DNA of 46,478 nucleotides from a virus. Below the pieces are notes generated by a model that saw only the letters and a program-made list of their open reading frames with translations, ran no database searches and was not told the DNA's origin. Numbering within the stretch: position 1 is the first letter of the stretch; each line of letters opens with the position of its first letter. The stretch lies in IMG/VR virus record IMGVR_UViG_3300050161_000017, positions 1 through 46,478 of that record; one strand, written 5' to 3'. Positions 22,309-32,051 of the stretch are shown here, in pieces. The position numbers were made by a program, and so were the translations under genes.

Positions 22309-22482
22309 ATGAATATGGAGGAGTTCGATCAGGACGCCATCCGAGATAGGCTCGAAGGTTGGGAGCTGGTGGAGTTCCTCCAAATCCCTATTGAAACCAT
22401 TCTCAATGCCGCGCTTGAGTTTGATTGGATTAACGAAGAGAATGTCGAGGATGTTCTTGAACTAGCAGGACTACGGAGATGA
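22309..22482 (+). CDS. Hypothetical acidic protein (57 aa)
   Basis: ATG at 22309; ATGA overlap with the next gene. Confidence 0.45.
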   Translation: MNMEEFDQDAIRDRLEGWELVEFLQIPIETILNAALEFDWINEENVEDVLELAGLRR

Positions 22483-22832
22483 CAGAAGAGTTTACCAAAG
22501 ATGATCCGACGAAAATTGGAACGGGCGCTATCAAGTATGACGGCGGTAAGCCCGGAGTATGGCGCGGCGTTATCAATTACTTCCCTCGTGCTCTTTGGGC
22601 TGTTGGTGAGATCTCAACCTTCGGTGCAAACAAGTATGCGTGGAGTGGTTGGGAGGGCGTCGAGGACGGGTTTGCTCGTTACAAAGACGCTCAGTTCCGT
22701 CATGCACTGAAACAAGCGATGGGTGAAGCCACCGACCCTGACAGCGAGCTTGAACATCTTGCTCACGAAGCATGGGGGGCGCTTGCCACCCTTGAACTTC
22801 ACCTCCGAAAAAGGAACAATTATGAAGATTAA
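22479..22832 (+). CDS. Conserved phage protein (117 aa); possible dNTP pyrophosphohydrolase-associated domain (DUF5664-like)
   Basis: KYDGGKP, FGANKY, RHALK and EHLAHEAW motifs recalled from a phage family. Tentative. Confidence 0.55.
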   Translation: MTEEFTKDDPTKIGTGAIKYDGGKPGVWRGVINYFPRALWAVGEISTFGANKYAWSGWEGVEDGFARYKDAQFRHALKQAMGEATDPDSELEHLAHEAWGALATLELHLRKRNNYED

Positions 22833-23052
22833 GAAGATGACTGACGAACAGGCGCTAGCTAAGTTCATCGAGTTCCTCGAAACTCGTATCTCTATTACTA
22901 CAGGTTTTGCTCAGACAGAAGAAGGCGGTGACTTTACCCATCAGTTCCTTCGCATTCGTTGTGGTGAACTAGAGGTTGTAAGCCAGCCGGAAGTGCTTGA
23001 CATACCTCTTAGAACGGTATCAGCAAGCGAATTGGGGGTCACAGTCAACTAA
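22822..23052 (+). CDS. Hypothetical protein (76 aa)
   Basis: ATG at 22822 after aaaggaa, inside tracked ORF 22723..23052. Confidence 0.55.
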   Translation: MKIKKMTDEQALAKFIEFLETRISITTGFAQTEEGGDFTHQFLRIRCGELEVVSQPEVLDIPLRTVSASELGVTVN

Positions 23053-23699
23053 TGCAGGCCTATTATGTAGCTCATATGGGCAGTGATTTAATGGTTGCAA
23101 ATGCTGCTAGAGTTTCTTTTAACAAAGAAAGTAGTTATGAGGAGAGTGGTGATCTCCCTGTGAGCGATGCCAAACTCATCAAGTACCTAGCAGAGCACAA
23201 CCATTGGACCCCTTTCGCCCATCCGCAGATCACCCTGCGTATCAAAGCCCCTGTCTTTGTTAGAACTCAGTTGTTCAAACACAAGGTTGGGTTCACCGAG
23301 AACGAGGTAAGTCGTCGATACATTGACGATGAGCCTGAGTTCTTTTTCCCTGTGTTCAGGCAGCGTCCTGACAACGGGATGAAGCAAGGCAGCAGAGACG
23401 AGTTTCCGGCTAACCTAGAGCACTGCGAGGCAATTCTATTGAGTGCCCATGCAATCGCTCTTAAGGCGTACAAGATGCTTCTCGCAGAGAACGTCGCCCC
23501 TGAACAGGCCCGTATGGTCCTGCCTCAGAGCATGTACACTGAATGGTACTGGACAGGTTCTCTTGCTGCCTTTGCTCGTATGTGTAAGCAGCGTCTAGAC
23601 CCCCATGCTCAAGCAGAGACTCGTGAGCTGGTTCTTAAGATTTCTACCATTATTGAACCTTTGTTCCCCGTCAGTTGGAGTGTACTTGTTGGAAAATAA
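23052..23699 (+). CDS. thyX: Flavin-dependent thymidylate synthase ThyX-like (215 aa) with a divergent signature
   Basis: FKHKVGFTENEVSRRY sits where the ThyX motif RHRxxSxxxxSxRY is expected. Downstream PEQARMVLPQS is typical of ThyX. Confidence 0.7.
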   Translation: MQAYYVAHMGSDLMVANAARVSFNKESSYEESGDLPVSDAKLIKYLAEHNHWTPFAHPQITLRIKAPVFVRTQLFKHKVGFTENEVSRRYIDDEPEFFFPVFRQRPDNGMKQGSRDEFPANLEHCEAILLSAHAIALKAYKMLLAENVAPEQARMVLPQSMYTEWYWTGSLAAFARMCKQRLDPHAQAETRELVLKISTIIEPLFPVSWSVLVGK

Positions 23700-25626
23700 A
23701 AACCCATTCGCCTCGCCCTATCAGGAAGTCATTTATAAAAGCAGGTACGCTCGCTGGCTTGTCGAGGAGAACCGACGAGAAGATTGGTCAGAGACGGTAA
23801 ATCGTCTAGTAGAGTATTACTCCAACTCTATTAATACTGGTGAAAAATCACGCAATAGGATGTCTTCTGGCGAAGAAGGTGAACTTTATGATGCCATTTA
23901 TAACCTTGAAGTCATGCCTAGCATGAGAGCTTTGATGACCGCAGGCCCGGCCCTTGATCGGTGCCATGTCCCTGCTTATAACTGTGCCTACTTATCTGTT
24001 GACAGTCTCCGATCATTTGACGAGACGATGTACATCTTGATGTGCGGAACAGGTGTGGGCTTTAGCGTAGAGGATGAATATGTCAAACAACTCCCCAGAA
24101 TTGCCGAGTCTTTTGAGCGAACAGAGACTTGTATTGCCGTGGCTGATAGTAAAGAGGGATGGGCCAGAGCCTTCCGAGAACTTGTCTCCCTACTTACTGC
24201 TGGTCAGCTCCCCCGATGGGATTGTTCTAGAGTTCGACCTGCCGGAGAACGCCTCAAAACATTTGGGGGACGTGCTAGCGGACCAGAACCTCTGGAAGAC
24301 CTTTTTCACTTCACTACTCGACTCTTTCAGGGGGCCGCAGGTCGCCGCCTAACCACTCTTGAATGCCACGATCTTATGTGTAAGATTGCGGACATCGTAG
24401 TTGTTGGTGGTGTTCGTCGCTCCGCTATGATCTCTCTGTCCGATGTAACAGACGACAGAATGAGAGTAGCAAAGACAGGTGAGTGGTGGAACGTAGCAGG
24501 GCATCGTCGTCTAGCAAACAACAGCGCAGTATACAATAACAGGAAGCCCGACACTGATCTGTTTATGAAAGAATGGAAGGCTTTGTATGACAGCAAATCC
24601 GGTGAACGAGGACTTTTTAGTCGGTATGCTTGCCAGAAGATTGCAGCACGAAATGGGAGACGCAATCCAGAGTTTGACTTCGGTACAAATCCATGCTCTG
24701 AAATTATCCTACGCCCCTTCCAATTCTGCAACCTCACTGAAATTGTTGTACGAGCTAGTGATGACCTTGAGAGCCTCAAGAGAAAAGCTAGAGTCGCTTC
24801 TATCCTCGGAACAATTCAAAGCACTTTCACAGACTTCAAATACCTGAGGAAAGTGTGGAGAGATCAGTGCGAGGAGGAGCGGCTGCTTGGTGTATCGTTG
24901 ACAGGTATTTGCGATAATCTCGAAGTGCTGTCTGATGAGAATATGAGGATCATTCGTGATGAGGTTGTTTCTACGAACAAGGAGTGGGCGGCACGACTGG
25001 GTATTAACCAATCCACTGCTACTACTTGCGTTAAGCCCTCTGGGACTGTTAGCCAGTTGGTTGATAGTGCTTCTGGTCTCCACGCTCGTCATAGTGATTT
25101 TTATCTGCGCACAATTCGTGCGGATAACAAAGACCCTCTCACAGAGTTTCTCAAGGCTTCGGGGGTATATAGCGAAGCTGATGTAATGTCCCCCCACAAT
25201 ACTACAGTGTTTTACTTTGCAATCAAGTCCCCGAATAATGCTGTCACTCGCGACAAGCAGACTGCAATTGAAGCACTAGAATTGTGGGCTAAGCTGCAAG
25301 AGCATTGGTGTGAGCATAAACCTTCAGCAACAATCAATGTCAGAGAAGACGAGTGGATGGACGTAGGTGCTTGGGTGTATCGTAACTTCGATACTCTTTC
25401 TGGTGTTTCATTCCTTCCTCACGACGGAGGTAGCTACAAGCAAGCACCTTACCAAGAGGTGACAGAGAAGCAATACAACGAATGGCTTGAAATCCATCCG
25501 GCCCCTTCATTCGACTGGAACGACTTGCGAAACTTTGAACACGAAGACCACACTACAGGCTCACAAGAGCTTTCGTGTACGGGCGGTGTGTGTGAGGTAG
25601 TTTCGGTTGGCCGTGTAAGCGACTAA
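23686..25626 (+). CDS. nrdJ: Ribonucleotide reductase, probably class II (adenosylcobalamin-dependent), about 646 aa; TTG start at 23686 or 23689
   Basis: TNPCSEI and FCNLTEI active-site motifs. It is a single large subunit with no NrdB-like partner. C-terminus has CTGGVC. GGAG lies at 23677-23680. Confidence 0.8.
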   Translation: MLENKNPFASPYQEVIYKSRYARWLVEENRREDWSETVNRLVEYYSNSINTGEKSRNRMSSGEEGELYDAIYNLEVMPSMRALMTAGPALDRCHVPAYNCAYLSVDSLRSFDETMYILMCGTGVGFSVEDEYVKQLPRIAESFERTETCIAVADSKEGWARAFRELVSLLTAGQLPRWDCSRVRPAGERLKTFGGRASGPEPLEDLFHFTTRLFQGAAGRRLTTLECHDLMCKIADIVVVGGVRRSAMISLSDVTDDRMRVAKTGEWWNVAGHRRLANNSAVYNNRKPDTDLFMKEWKALYDSKSGERGLFSRYACQKIAARNGRRNPEFDFGTNPCSEIILRPFQFCNLTEIVVRASDDLESLKRKARVASILGTIQSTFTDFKYLRKVWRDQCEEERLLGVSLTGICDNLEVLSDENMRIIRDEVVSTNKEWAARLGINQSTATTCVKPSGTVSQLVDSASGLHARHSDFYLRTIRADNKDPLTEFLKASGVYSEADVMSPHNTTVFYFAIKSPNNAVTRDKQTAIEALELWAKLQEHWCEHKPSATINVREDEWMDVGAWVYRNFDTLSGVSFLPHDGGSYKQAPYQEVTEKQYNEWLEIHPAPSFDWNDLRNFEHEDHTTGSQELSCTGGVCEVVSVGRVSD

Positions 25627-25637
25627 CAGTAGATACA

Positions 25638-25685
25638 AAAAAACCCGCTAGAAGTTCCTGCGAAGGTTCCTCTAGCGGGTTTTTT
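25638..25685. terminator. Bidirectional rho-independent terminator between the convergent plus and minus modules
   Basis: A7, then a 9-bp stem cccgctaga (25645-25653) / tctagcggg (25672-25680) with an inner 3-bp stem and GCGA loop, then T5. Confidence 0.8.
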
Positions 25686-25686
25686 A

Positions 25687-25890
25687 TTAACTTACTTCTG
25701 GGCTGGTATGGGCGTAAGCCATCAAACCACCGCCCGTGATTAGGACGATTGCCTGACCGAGCTGACCAATAGTGTCAGCAAGATCGGGTTTACCTACGAT
25801 GACAGCCACACCGGCTGCACCTGCGTAGGTAGAGGGTTCTTTAACTCGCGCCAAAAGCCATGCCAAAATCTTCTTCAGCTTAACAGTCAT
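25687..25890 (-). CDS. Small membrane protein (67 aa), putative holin-like, last gene of the late operon
   Basis: Hydrophobic segments; position next to the endolysin. Confidence 0.5.
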   Translation of the reverse strand: MTVKLKKILAWLLARVKEPSTYAGAAGVAVIVGKPDLADTIGQLGQAIVLITGGGLMAYAHTSPEVS

Positions 25891-25908
25891 ACTTAATACC
25901 TTGTTATT

Positions 25909-26346
25909 CTAGAGTTGAGTTGCAACATCAAATGAAGGACAACCCTTCATCCACTCATCGGGGGTGATCTTACCATCCCCGTTCTTATCCGGCGACCAAT
26001 CACGGTGCCCCATGACCTTAATGCCGGGGTATTTCACTTTGTACTCTGCTACCAGTTCACGAAGAGCTTTCTTCTGATCCTCGGTTCTAGTATCTTTGAC
26101 AGTCTTACCGTCTTTAGCTACACCACCGACATAGCAAATACCGATGTTATCTGTGTTGTGTTTACCAACATGAGCACCACGGGTGGTATCAGGCAATCCT
26201 CTGACTTTGTTCCCGTTGAGTTCGATAACCCAATGATACGAAGTCTGCCCGAACTTAGCCCTATCCCATTCGTTGATAGAGGCTGCTTTCACATCTCTGC
26301 CTTCGGGAGTAGCAGCACAGTGAATGGTTAGGAATTTAACAGTCAT
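25909..26346 (-). CDS. N-acetylmuramoyl-L-alanine amidase endolysin (T7 lysozyme / PGRP fold), 145 aa
   Basis: LTIHCAATPEG, GHRDW and GCPSFDV, equivalent to the Zn ligands His/His/Cys of T7 lysozyme. Confidence 0.85.
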   Translation of the reverse strand: MTVKFLTIHCAATPEGRDVKAASINEWDRAKFGQTSYHWVIELNGNKVRGLPDTTRGAHVGKHNTDNIGICYVGGVAKDGKTVKDTRTEDQKKALRELVAEYKVKYPGIKVMGHRDWSPDKNGDGKITPDEWMKGCPSFDVATQL

Positions 26347-26576
26347 TAGTTAGCTTTCAACCATGAGATGAATTGAACAATAAATCCTACAATACCTGTC
26401 CCGAGAAGAGTGGATGCTAGCCAGAATGCACCGATGCCCTTGTTCCTCATATCAAGAAGCTCATCTAATTTATCGTTGATGACTGCTTGTTGTCGCTGAA
26501 CTTCGGCTACTCGGACTTCCAGAGCCATGATCCTTTCCCCTTGGGCGATATTACTGTAGGTAGTGGGATTGACCAT
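26346..26576 (-). CDS. Coiled-coil protein with a C-terminal TM helix (76 aa), lysis-associated (holin- or spanin-like)
   Basis: GAFWLASTLLGTGIVGFIVQFISWL; TAATG overlap with the amidase gene. Confidence 0.55.
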   Translation of the reverse strand: MVNPTTYSNIAQGERIMALEVRVAEVQRQQAVINDKLDELLDMRNKGIGAFWLASTLLGTGIVGFIVQFISWLKAN

Positions 26577-26611
26577 GCGTCTTCTTTCTGTCTTGGTAGG
26601 TTAGTGAGTAT

Positions 26612-29600
26612 TTAAGGTGCGTAGGCATCGGGGAAAAGGTCTTCTCTGGCATAAGCTCTCATATCCCGCTCGACTTTCTCTATTCTTCTTACCCGTTCTT
26701 CAGCAGGCAAAGAAGCCCACTCTTGTGTCACCACAAGCTCAGATAAGTGCTCATAAATATACTGACCAGAAAGTTCCTGATACGCCAGAACCTGTTCTCT
26801 TGACGCATCAATTCTTCGCAAATCCCCTTTATCGACTGGGGATGGTAGTTGGCCCAGTCTTGCCAGCTCCACTACTACCGGATCGGAGATAGTAGGGCTT
26901 GCTGTTACCCTGCTAAGGCCATCAGGGCCAATGACTTCATCCTTATTAAGAGGACTACCAAGGGCGTTGACTTGTTGCGGAAGGTCTTCGCTTTGGAACC
27001 AAGTCTTTTTGACTTGATCCAGCACTCTTCTTGTGAACGAACCGTCTCCTCGTAGATCGACCTGCCTTGTGTCTCCTGTCGTAGCATCCGCAACATCTCT
27101 TACTGCGGCAGGGGTTACGAAGGACGCAGTCATATCTGCCAGAGTCCTAGTTACCCTGTTATTGCTTTGGTGGGTATTCTCAAAAAGATCAGCTATAGTA
27201 GTCATAGATTGCGCCCAACTATTTTTAGCAAAGATTTCTAAGAAACTCCCTACAGCCTTCCCCGCTTCTTCGTCGAAGCTCCCACCTTCGTTTCGTCTTT
27301 CATGGAGAGTTGCCATGAGAGAGATTGGGGCAGCGATAGGGTCTAGACCTTTGTAAGAAATGTAAGTCCCGTCATCAGTCCTGTAAGAGTTAGGCCTCCA
27401 CCCGGTCAGTTTGAGCTTCTCCCTTTCAGCAGGGTCTTGTGGACCCTCACCAGTGATACGGCCTGATGTAAGTAGTGGTGCGACTAGCAGAGTAGCCGCC
27501 GACCCTAATGCCATATTGGTCAAAGCTCTTTGACGATCAATACCCCCCCTAAACACTCCTCCTACGTTCATAGGAAGGGCTAGGATAGTGTACGACCTCA
27601 AACCCTCACTTATGAGGTTCTGGGTAGTGTTCGCAAAAGGTAGCAATTGTTGGACAGCCCACTTGAACAGTTCCTTATGTTTTCGGTGAAGAGGAACTGT
27701 GTGGAAGTTCTCGGTACGTCTTGTTATATTATTAAGGTACCTACCAACAGCATTAGAGTCTTGAAACCGCATCCTTGCGGAGTGCTCTTCAGACCCGACT
27801 TTGATTTGATAAGGAGCATCCTCTTCGAGAAGTTGGACAATCCTCTTAGCACGAGCCTCACTCACAGCCTTCCTTTGCTCAGGAGTCATTCCGCGACTTG
27901 TTTTCAAACCCTCTTGGTTCGCAACAGCTTCGGCCCTAGCAGTGGCCTCTTTGAGATTAGTCACCCGCGACTGGTTGACCAGCTCTTGAACCCTTGCAGT
28001 ATGGGCATCACCAACCAACCCCTCTTTCGAGGCATAAGCCATAGCTCTAGCAGTTCTCTCCTGCCGAAGCAGAACAGTGTCAAAGAACTCGTCAACAGCC
28101 GCCATCATCTTGCGAGGGATTTCCCACCGCATAGCTTTTTGGCCTCCACGACTTATTGTCTGAAGAGCAGAGTTATCTCTAGGCTGCCCAGTCCTGAACC
28201 CGCTGACTGCTGCTATTACCGCCTCTCTCAGAGTCCCACTGGGGTCGGGTAGGAGAGAAGCAACAGAGCCTCTGTAAGTTAGCTTAGCCTTACCGGCATT
28301 AGAAGGGAAGAGCCTGTCAAGAACAGGGGAGAGAGCTTTATCTAGTGTGATACCTACAGGATCGGCAACTTTCTTAATCACTGAATTTGTATAACCAGCA
28401 ATGTTATATGCCTGAGTTCTCAACGAGGATAGCATACCGTTAAGACGGACACTCGTTGCAATATCAAGAATATCCCTACCCCTCGAGTCGGTGACAATCT
28501 TGGCCATTGCTGCCGGGTCGTCTCTATAAAGATTAGCAAGTCTTTGCAGTGCCGCCAACCTACGGGGGCTTTTACCAGCTTCGTCTACGAGGGTAACAAA
28601 CTCTCTGGCAACAGAAGGGGATAGACCTTCACCACCCCTAGCCATGTTAAGGGCACGGCCTGTCTCTCCGAGGTTTTCCGACGTAGTCCCAGCTACGTCT
28701 TCTAGCTGATGACGCAGATCGTGAGAGATTGCTCCTGTTTCAGCAAACTCAGATAAGACATCAGTCCCGACTTCTTGGGTTAGAGCAAGCCCTCTGGCGA
28801 TTACAGGAGAGATGTCTCCGATACTGCCGTCTTCACCGTAAGTCTCACGGGTCAGTCCGGTCTCTTCTCCGAGCCTAGTAGTCTCTGCCCTAGGGACAGT
28901 TTTACTGGGCAGGGATACACCAGAAACTTCTAAGGCATCAGAAGCTTGGGGCTGGGCTACATTACCGGGACCGAAAGACCCCGAAACAGACTCTGCATCA
29001 GGGACGGTCTCTAGGGTAGTGACAGAAGGTCGTTGTGGGCCAGCCTCTCTTAGACGCGCCGCCGCAGCCGTGACTTCATCTACGCTACTAAAATGACTTT
29101 GAGTAAGACCACGTTCAGAGAGCAAGGCTAGGTCTTGATCTAGTTGGCTCAACTGGGCAGGTTCTGTAGGAATAGCTCCTTCTACATTACCGTCCCTTCC
29201 TGACATCCACCTGAAGACATGGGGGGCGCTTCGGATTAAACCCTCAAAACCACCCTGAACGGCAACCCCTGTCACGCCTGCCATAAAGGTTTGAGAAGGA
29301 TCATAACCCTCTCTGGCCCCGTAAGAGGTGTCCACGCCCTGAGACACACCATCTGCTAGGGCATTAGCCCCGGCCCCAATAGCGGCCCTACCAAGAAAGG
29401 TTTCGGCACCGGCAAGCGGGATGGCGTCTACAAGAGAGAGGCCGCCGATGGCGTTACCTAGGAATCTTGTGACAGGGTTAGGGTCTGCCGCATTAGCTAC
29501 TGAGGTGTCATGATCTCGCATATCCTTGATACGTTGACCAATCAAGCTGTCAGCGGTAGCCTCTACCTCTTCCTCTGACATAAAAGGATATGCTTCCCGG

Positions 29601-30295
29601 ATGTCGTCTTTGTCGACACCACCAACACCTAAGTCGAAGACATCTGCAATAGGGGCAAGAATAGCACCATTGAGGCTGTTCGAAAGTCCTTCTGCCAACG
29701 AACTTCCAAGCCCTGTAGCATGATCTACATCTTCGGTAGCAATATGCTGAGGACCAAGCAACTCTCTTGCATAATCCCTCCCTCTTGCATATGTAACAGA
29801 GTGGTCTGCATAGTCAGGGTGCGTGGCCATATAAGCACGATACGCCTCAGTCTCTTGAATATAATCCGCACTATCGCGGGGGTCTTTATTAAAACCCCTC
29901 TCCTGTAGCCAACTATTAATAGCAGCAGGTGATACAGATGTATCGTGGACTAGACGGTCGATCTCAACCTCATCTGAAGCAGAGAGTTGCGGGGCGTCTT
30001 GTGTGCCGTCATTAATACCCTGCCGCATTTCCGTAACAATATTATTAGGAACTCCACCTGCCGGAAGGTTTTGTCGTCTGTCGGCAGATTCCTCAGGAGC
30101 ATCAGGGAGAATCTCCACGACAGGACGCCGACCGCTTGGGCTAATTAAAGCATCTCTAGAGATAGAGGAGGGGGATAGGTCGGGGAAATCACCCCTCAAC
30201 CGCTCTTGCACCTGCTCAGGAGTCGTTTCATCAGGGACGTCGTCATAGATATGAGACGATCCGTCATCAAATTGAACTGTAATACTCCGGGGCAT
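26612..30295 (-). CDS. Large virion protein (1227 aa), putative internal/ejection protein
   Basis: Size and its position after the smaller ejection-type proteins. No catalytic motif recognised. Confidence 0.8.
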   Translation of the reverse strand: MPRSITVQFDDGSSHIYDDVPDETTPEQVQERLRGDFPDLSPSSISRDALISPSGRRPVVEILPDAPEESADRRQNLPAGGVPNNIVTEMRQGINDGTQDAPQLSASDEVEIDRLVHDTSVSPAAINSWLQERGFNKDPRDSADYIQETEAYRAYMATHPDYADHSVTYARGRDYARELLGPQHIATEDVDHATGLGSSLAEGLSNSLNGAILAPIADVFDLGVGGVDKDDIREAYPFMSEEEVEATADSLIGQRIKDMRDHDTSVANAADPNPVTRFLGNAIGGLSLVDAIPLAGAETFLGRAAIGAGANALADGVSQGVDTSYGAREGYDPSQTFMAGVTGVAVQGGFEGLIRSAPHVFRWMSGRDGNVEGAIPTEPAQLSQLDQDLALLSERGLTQSHFSSVDEVTAAAARLREAGPQRPSVTTLETVPDAESVSGSFGPGNVAQPQASDALEVSGVSLPSKTVPRAETTRLGEETGLTRETYGEDGSIGDISPVIARGLALTQEVGTDVLSEFAETGAISHDLRHQLEDVAGTTSENLGETGRALNMARGGEGLSPSVAREFVTLVDEAGKSPRRLAALQRLANLYRDDPAAMAKIVTDSRGRDILDIATSVRLNGMLSSLRTQAYNIAGYTNSVIKKVADPVGITLDKALSPVLDRLFPSNAGKAKLTYRGSVASLLPDPSGTLREAVIAAVSGFRTGQPRDNSALQTISRGGQKAMRWEIPRKMMAAVDEFFDTVLLRQERTARAMAYASKEGLVGDAHTARVQELVNQSRVTNLKEATARAEAVANQEGLKTSRGMTPEQRKAVSEARAKRIVQLLEEDAPYQIKVGSEEHSARMRFQDSNAVGRYLNNITRRTENFHTVPLHRKHKELFKWAVQQLLPFANTTQNLISEGLRSYTILALPMNVGGVFRGGIDRQRALTNMALGSAATLLVAPLLTSGRITGEGPQDPAEREKLKLTGWRPNSYRTDDGTYISYKGLDPIAAPISLMATLHERRNEGGSFDEEAGKAVGSFLEIFAKNSWAQSMTTIADLFENTHQSNNRVTRTLADMTASFVTPAAVRDVADATTGDTRQVDLRGDGSFTRRVLDQVKKTWFQSEDLPQQVNALGSPLNKDEVIGPDGLSRVTASPTISDPVVVELARLGQLPSPVDKGDLRRIDASREQVLAYQELSGQYIYEHLSELVVTQEWASLPAEERVRRIEKVERDMRAYAREDLFPDAYAP

Positions 30296-30298
30296 TAG

Positions 30299-31273
30299 TT
30301 ACCATCCTGATATTGTTGGTCTTCGTGTGGGTCTAGGTGTGGGTGGAGTACGGGAGTTTCCAGCAGACCTAGATGAAGTAGATCGTGCCCGCCGATCCGC
30401 ACGGGACTGCTCTCTGTTAGACTGGGCGGTTGCGCTTCTCTCTCTGGCATCAGCTCTCGAAGCATCTCTATCTTCCTCGGACGCTAGATGTGCTCGACGA
30501 GATTCGTCTAGCGAAGCAGCCCTAGATTTAGCAGAAAGGTCTTGTCCACGAGCAGTCGTAGAGATTCGATCACCGGCTAGTCGCTGTGTTCGTTGCATAC
30601 TTAGAGGTACATTAGCGTCCATAAAAGCTTGAATAGCGATGGGGTCGTAAGTTTCAGGCAACTCAGAGCTGAGATCAGTCTTCTGTTTCCGGGCTGCTAG
30701 AAGAGCCTGCGCACGAACTTGTGGCCAGTTCTGTTGGCGCTTCTCTTCGTCCCAATCAACCATAGACCCAACCATAGATGCAGCATAGCCACGAGTTCTT
30801 TGATCTACAGCTTGCTGGGCAAGTCCGATGCGAGCATCCCGAGCTTCGGCAGTGCTCTCTTGTTGAGCCTGTAGCCGCTGATTATCAATGTATTGGTTAC
30901 GCAAATCACGACCAGCTTCGGGGTTGATGCTTTCCAGCCGTCTGATAGCAGAGAGGGGGTCAGTGTCAAATCCTTCTGTAGCCGCCGCCTCTCTTCTATG
31001 CTCTTGAGCAGGGCCGTACATGGCAGGCATGTGCATCCTAGTAAGCAAGAAATCTCCTAACGTGCCTAGGATGTCTCGTGCAACGCCTGCAACACCTGTA
31101 TGGCGTCGATCACGTTCGACGTAGTCTCCATTATCCTCAAGAGACTGGGAGGGTGCCATAGGACCAGCAGACCCGCTCATAGCTGTGTTAAGATCAATTC
31201 TATGCTCTTGAGGTAGAACCCCTCTGTTTGAGGGGATATGAAACATAGAGGTAGTAGGTGCAGTAAGGTCCAT
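30299..31273 (-). CDS. Putative internal virion/ejection protein (324 aa) with an Arg/Ser-rich C-terminus
   Basis: Position in the operon and its composition. Confidence 0.7.
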   Translation of the reverse strand: MDLTAPTTSMFHIPSNRGVLPQEHRIDLNTAMSGSAGPMAPSQSLEDNGDYVERDRRHTGVAGVARDILGTLGDFLLTRMHMPAMYGPAQEHRREAAATEGFDTDPLSAIRRLESINPEAGRDLRNQYIDNQRLQAQQESTAEARDARIGLAQQAVDQRTRGYAASMVGSMVDWDEEKRQQNWPQVRAQALLAARKQKTDLSSELPETYDPIAIQAFMDANVPLSMQRTQRLAGDRISTTARGQDLSAKSRAASLDESRRAHLASEEDRDASRADARERSATAQSNREQSRADRRARSTSSRSAGNSRTPPTPRPTRRPTISGW

Positions 31274-31278
31274 AAGTA

Positions 31279-31764
31279 TTACCCAAGTTTGAAGTCCGTA
31301 CTCTTACCCGAGGAAGTGCCCGAGGAAGTACCTTGAGACGTAGTAGTCCCACCAGCACCGGCCAAAACCTGCCCGGCTTGCAGACCTGTGTTCGAAAGAC
31401 CAGTCAGGTTCGCCAAATACGAATTAAGGAAATTACTAGCAAGTCCGCTGCTATATTGAGCAATTCCTTTCAATGCCGACCCAGAGCCTAGAAGACCTCT
31501 CGCGGCATTACTCCCCGTGATCCCTTTAATACCCTCGTCTTTCACAAAATTATAACCAGAGCTATTTCTAAAATTATCAAAAGCGCTGGTCTGGCCAGCA
31601 GCACCATTCAGACCGAGCAAATTAGAAATAGCGGATGAACCCGCCCCGACATTACTGACTTGACCCCCGAGAGAGCTTTGCAAAAAAGGGTAGGCTTGAT
31701 TAACCGTACTGCTGGTCTGTTGCGAAGAGTCCTGAGAACTCTGTTTGCTTGAACCGAAACCCAT
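31279..31764 (-). CDS. Gly/Ser-rich virion protein (161 aa)
   Basis: Low-complexity G/S/N-rich sequence typical of podovirus internal proteins; position. Confidence 0.65.
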   Translation of the reverse strand: MGFGSSKQSSQDSSQQTSSTVNQAYPFLQSSLGGQVSNVGAGSSAISNLLGLNGAAGQTSAFDNFRNSSGYNFVKDEGIKGITGSNAARGLLGSGSALKGIAQYSSGLASNFLNSYLANLTGLSNTGLQAGQVLAGAGGTTTSQGTSSGTSSGKSTDFKLG

Positions 31765-31775
31765 CTCAAAAATCC

Positions 31776-32051
31776 TTACATAAACAATTTAGCAATTTCA
31801 GAGATGGCAGACGGACCACCACCCGAGGCTAGTTTTGTGTTGTGAGTCAACATTTCTGAAAAGTCTGGTCGTCTCGGAGCAGGCATCGCCATCGTCTGCC
31901 CACCAGAGGGTTCGGGGTTGTTGTGAGAGAACAACGATTGCATCAAACCCCCTGCAATAGGGTATTTATCTGCAAAATAATCCCCGATAGACGAGCTGGT
32001 ATCGGTAGTAGGTTGGGGGCTACCCCCGGCGACGATATTAGATAGACCCAT
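31776..32051 (-). CDS. Hypothetical virion-module protein (91 aa)
   Basis: Tightly packed in the late operon. Confidence 0.6.
   Translation of the reverse strand: MGLSNIVAGGSPQPTTDTSSSIGDYFADKYPIAGGLMQSLFSHNNPEPSGGQTMAMPAPRRPDFSEMLTHNTKLASGGGPSAISEIAKLFM

Noticed and set aside
27647-28252. 201-aa plus-strand ORF, and other plus-strand ORFs between 26.6 and 45.6 kb
   Set aside because: All are embedded antisense in the long, contiguous minus-strand structural genes and are interpreted as shadows.
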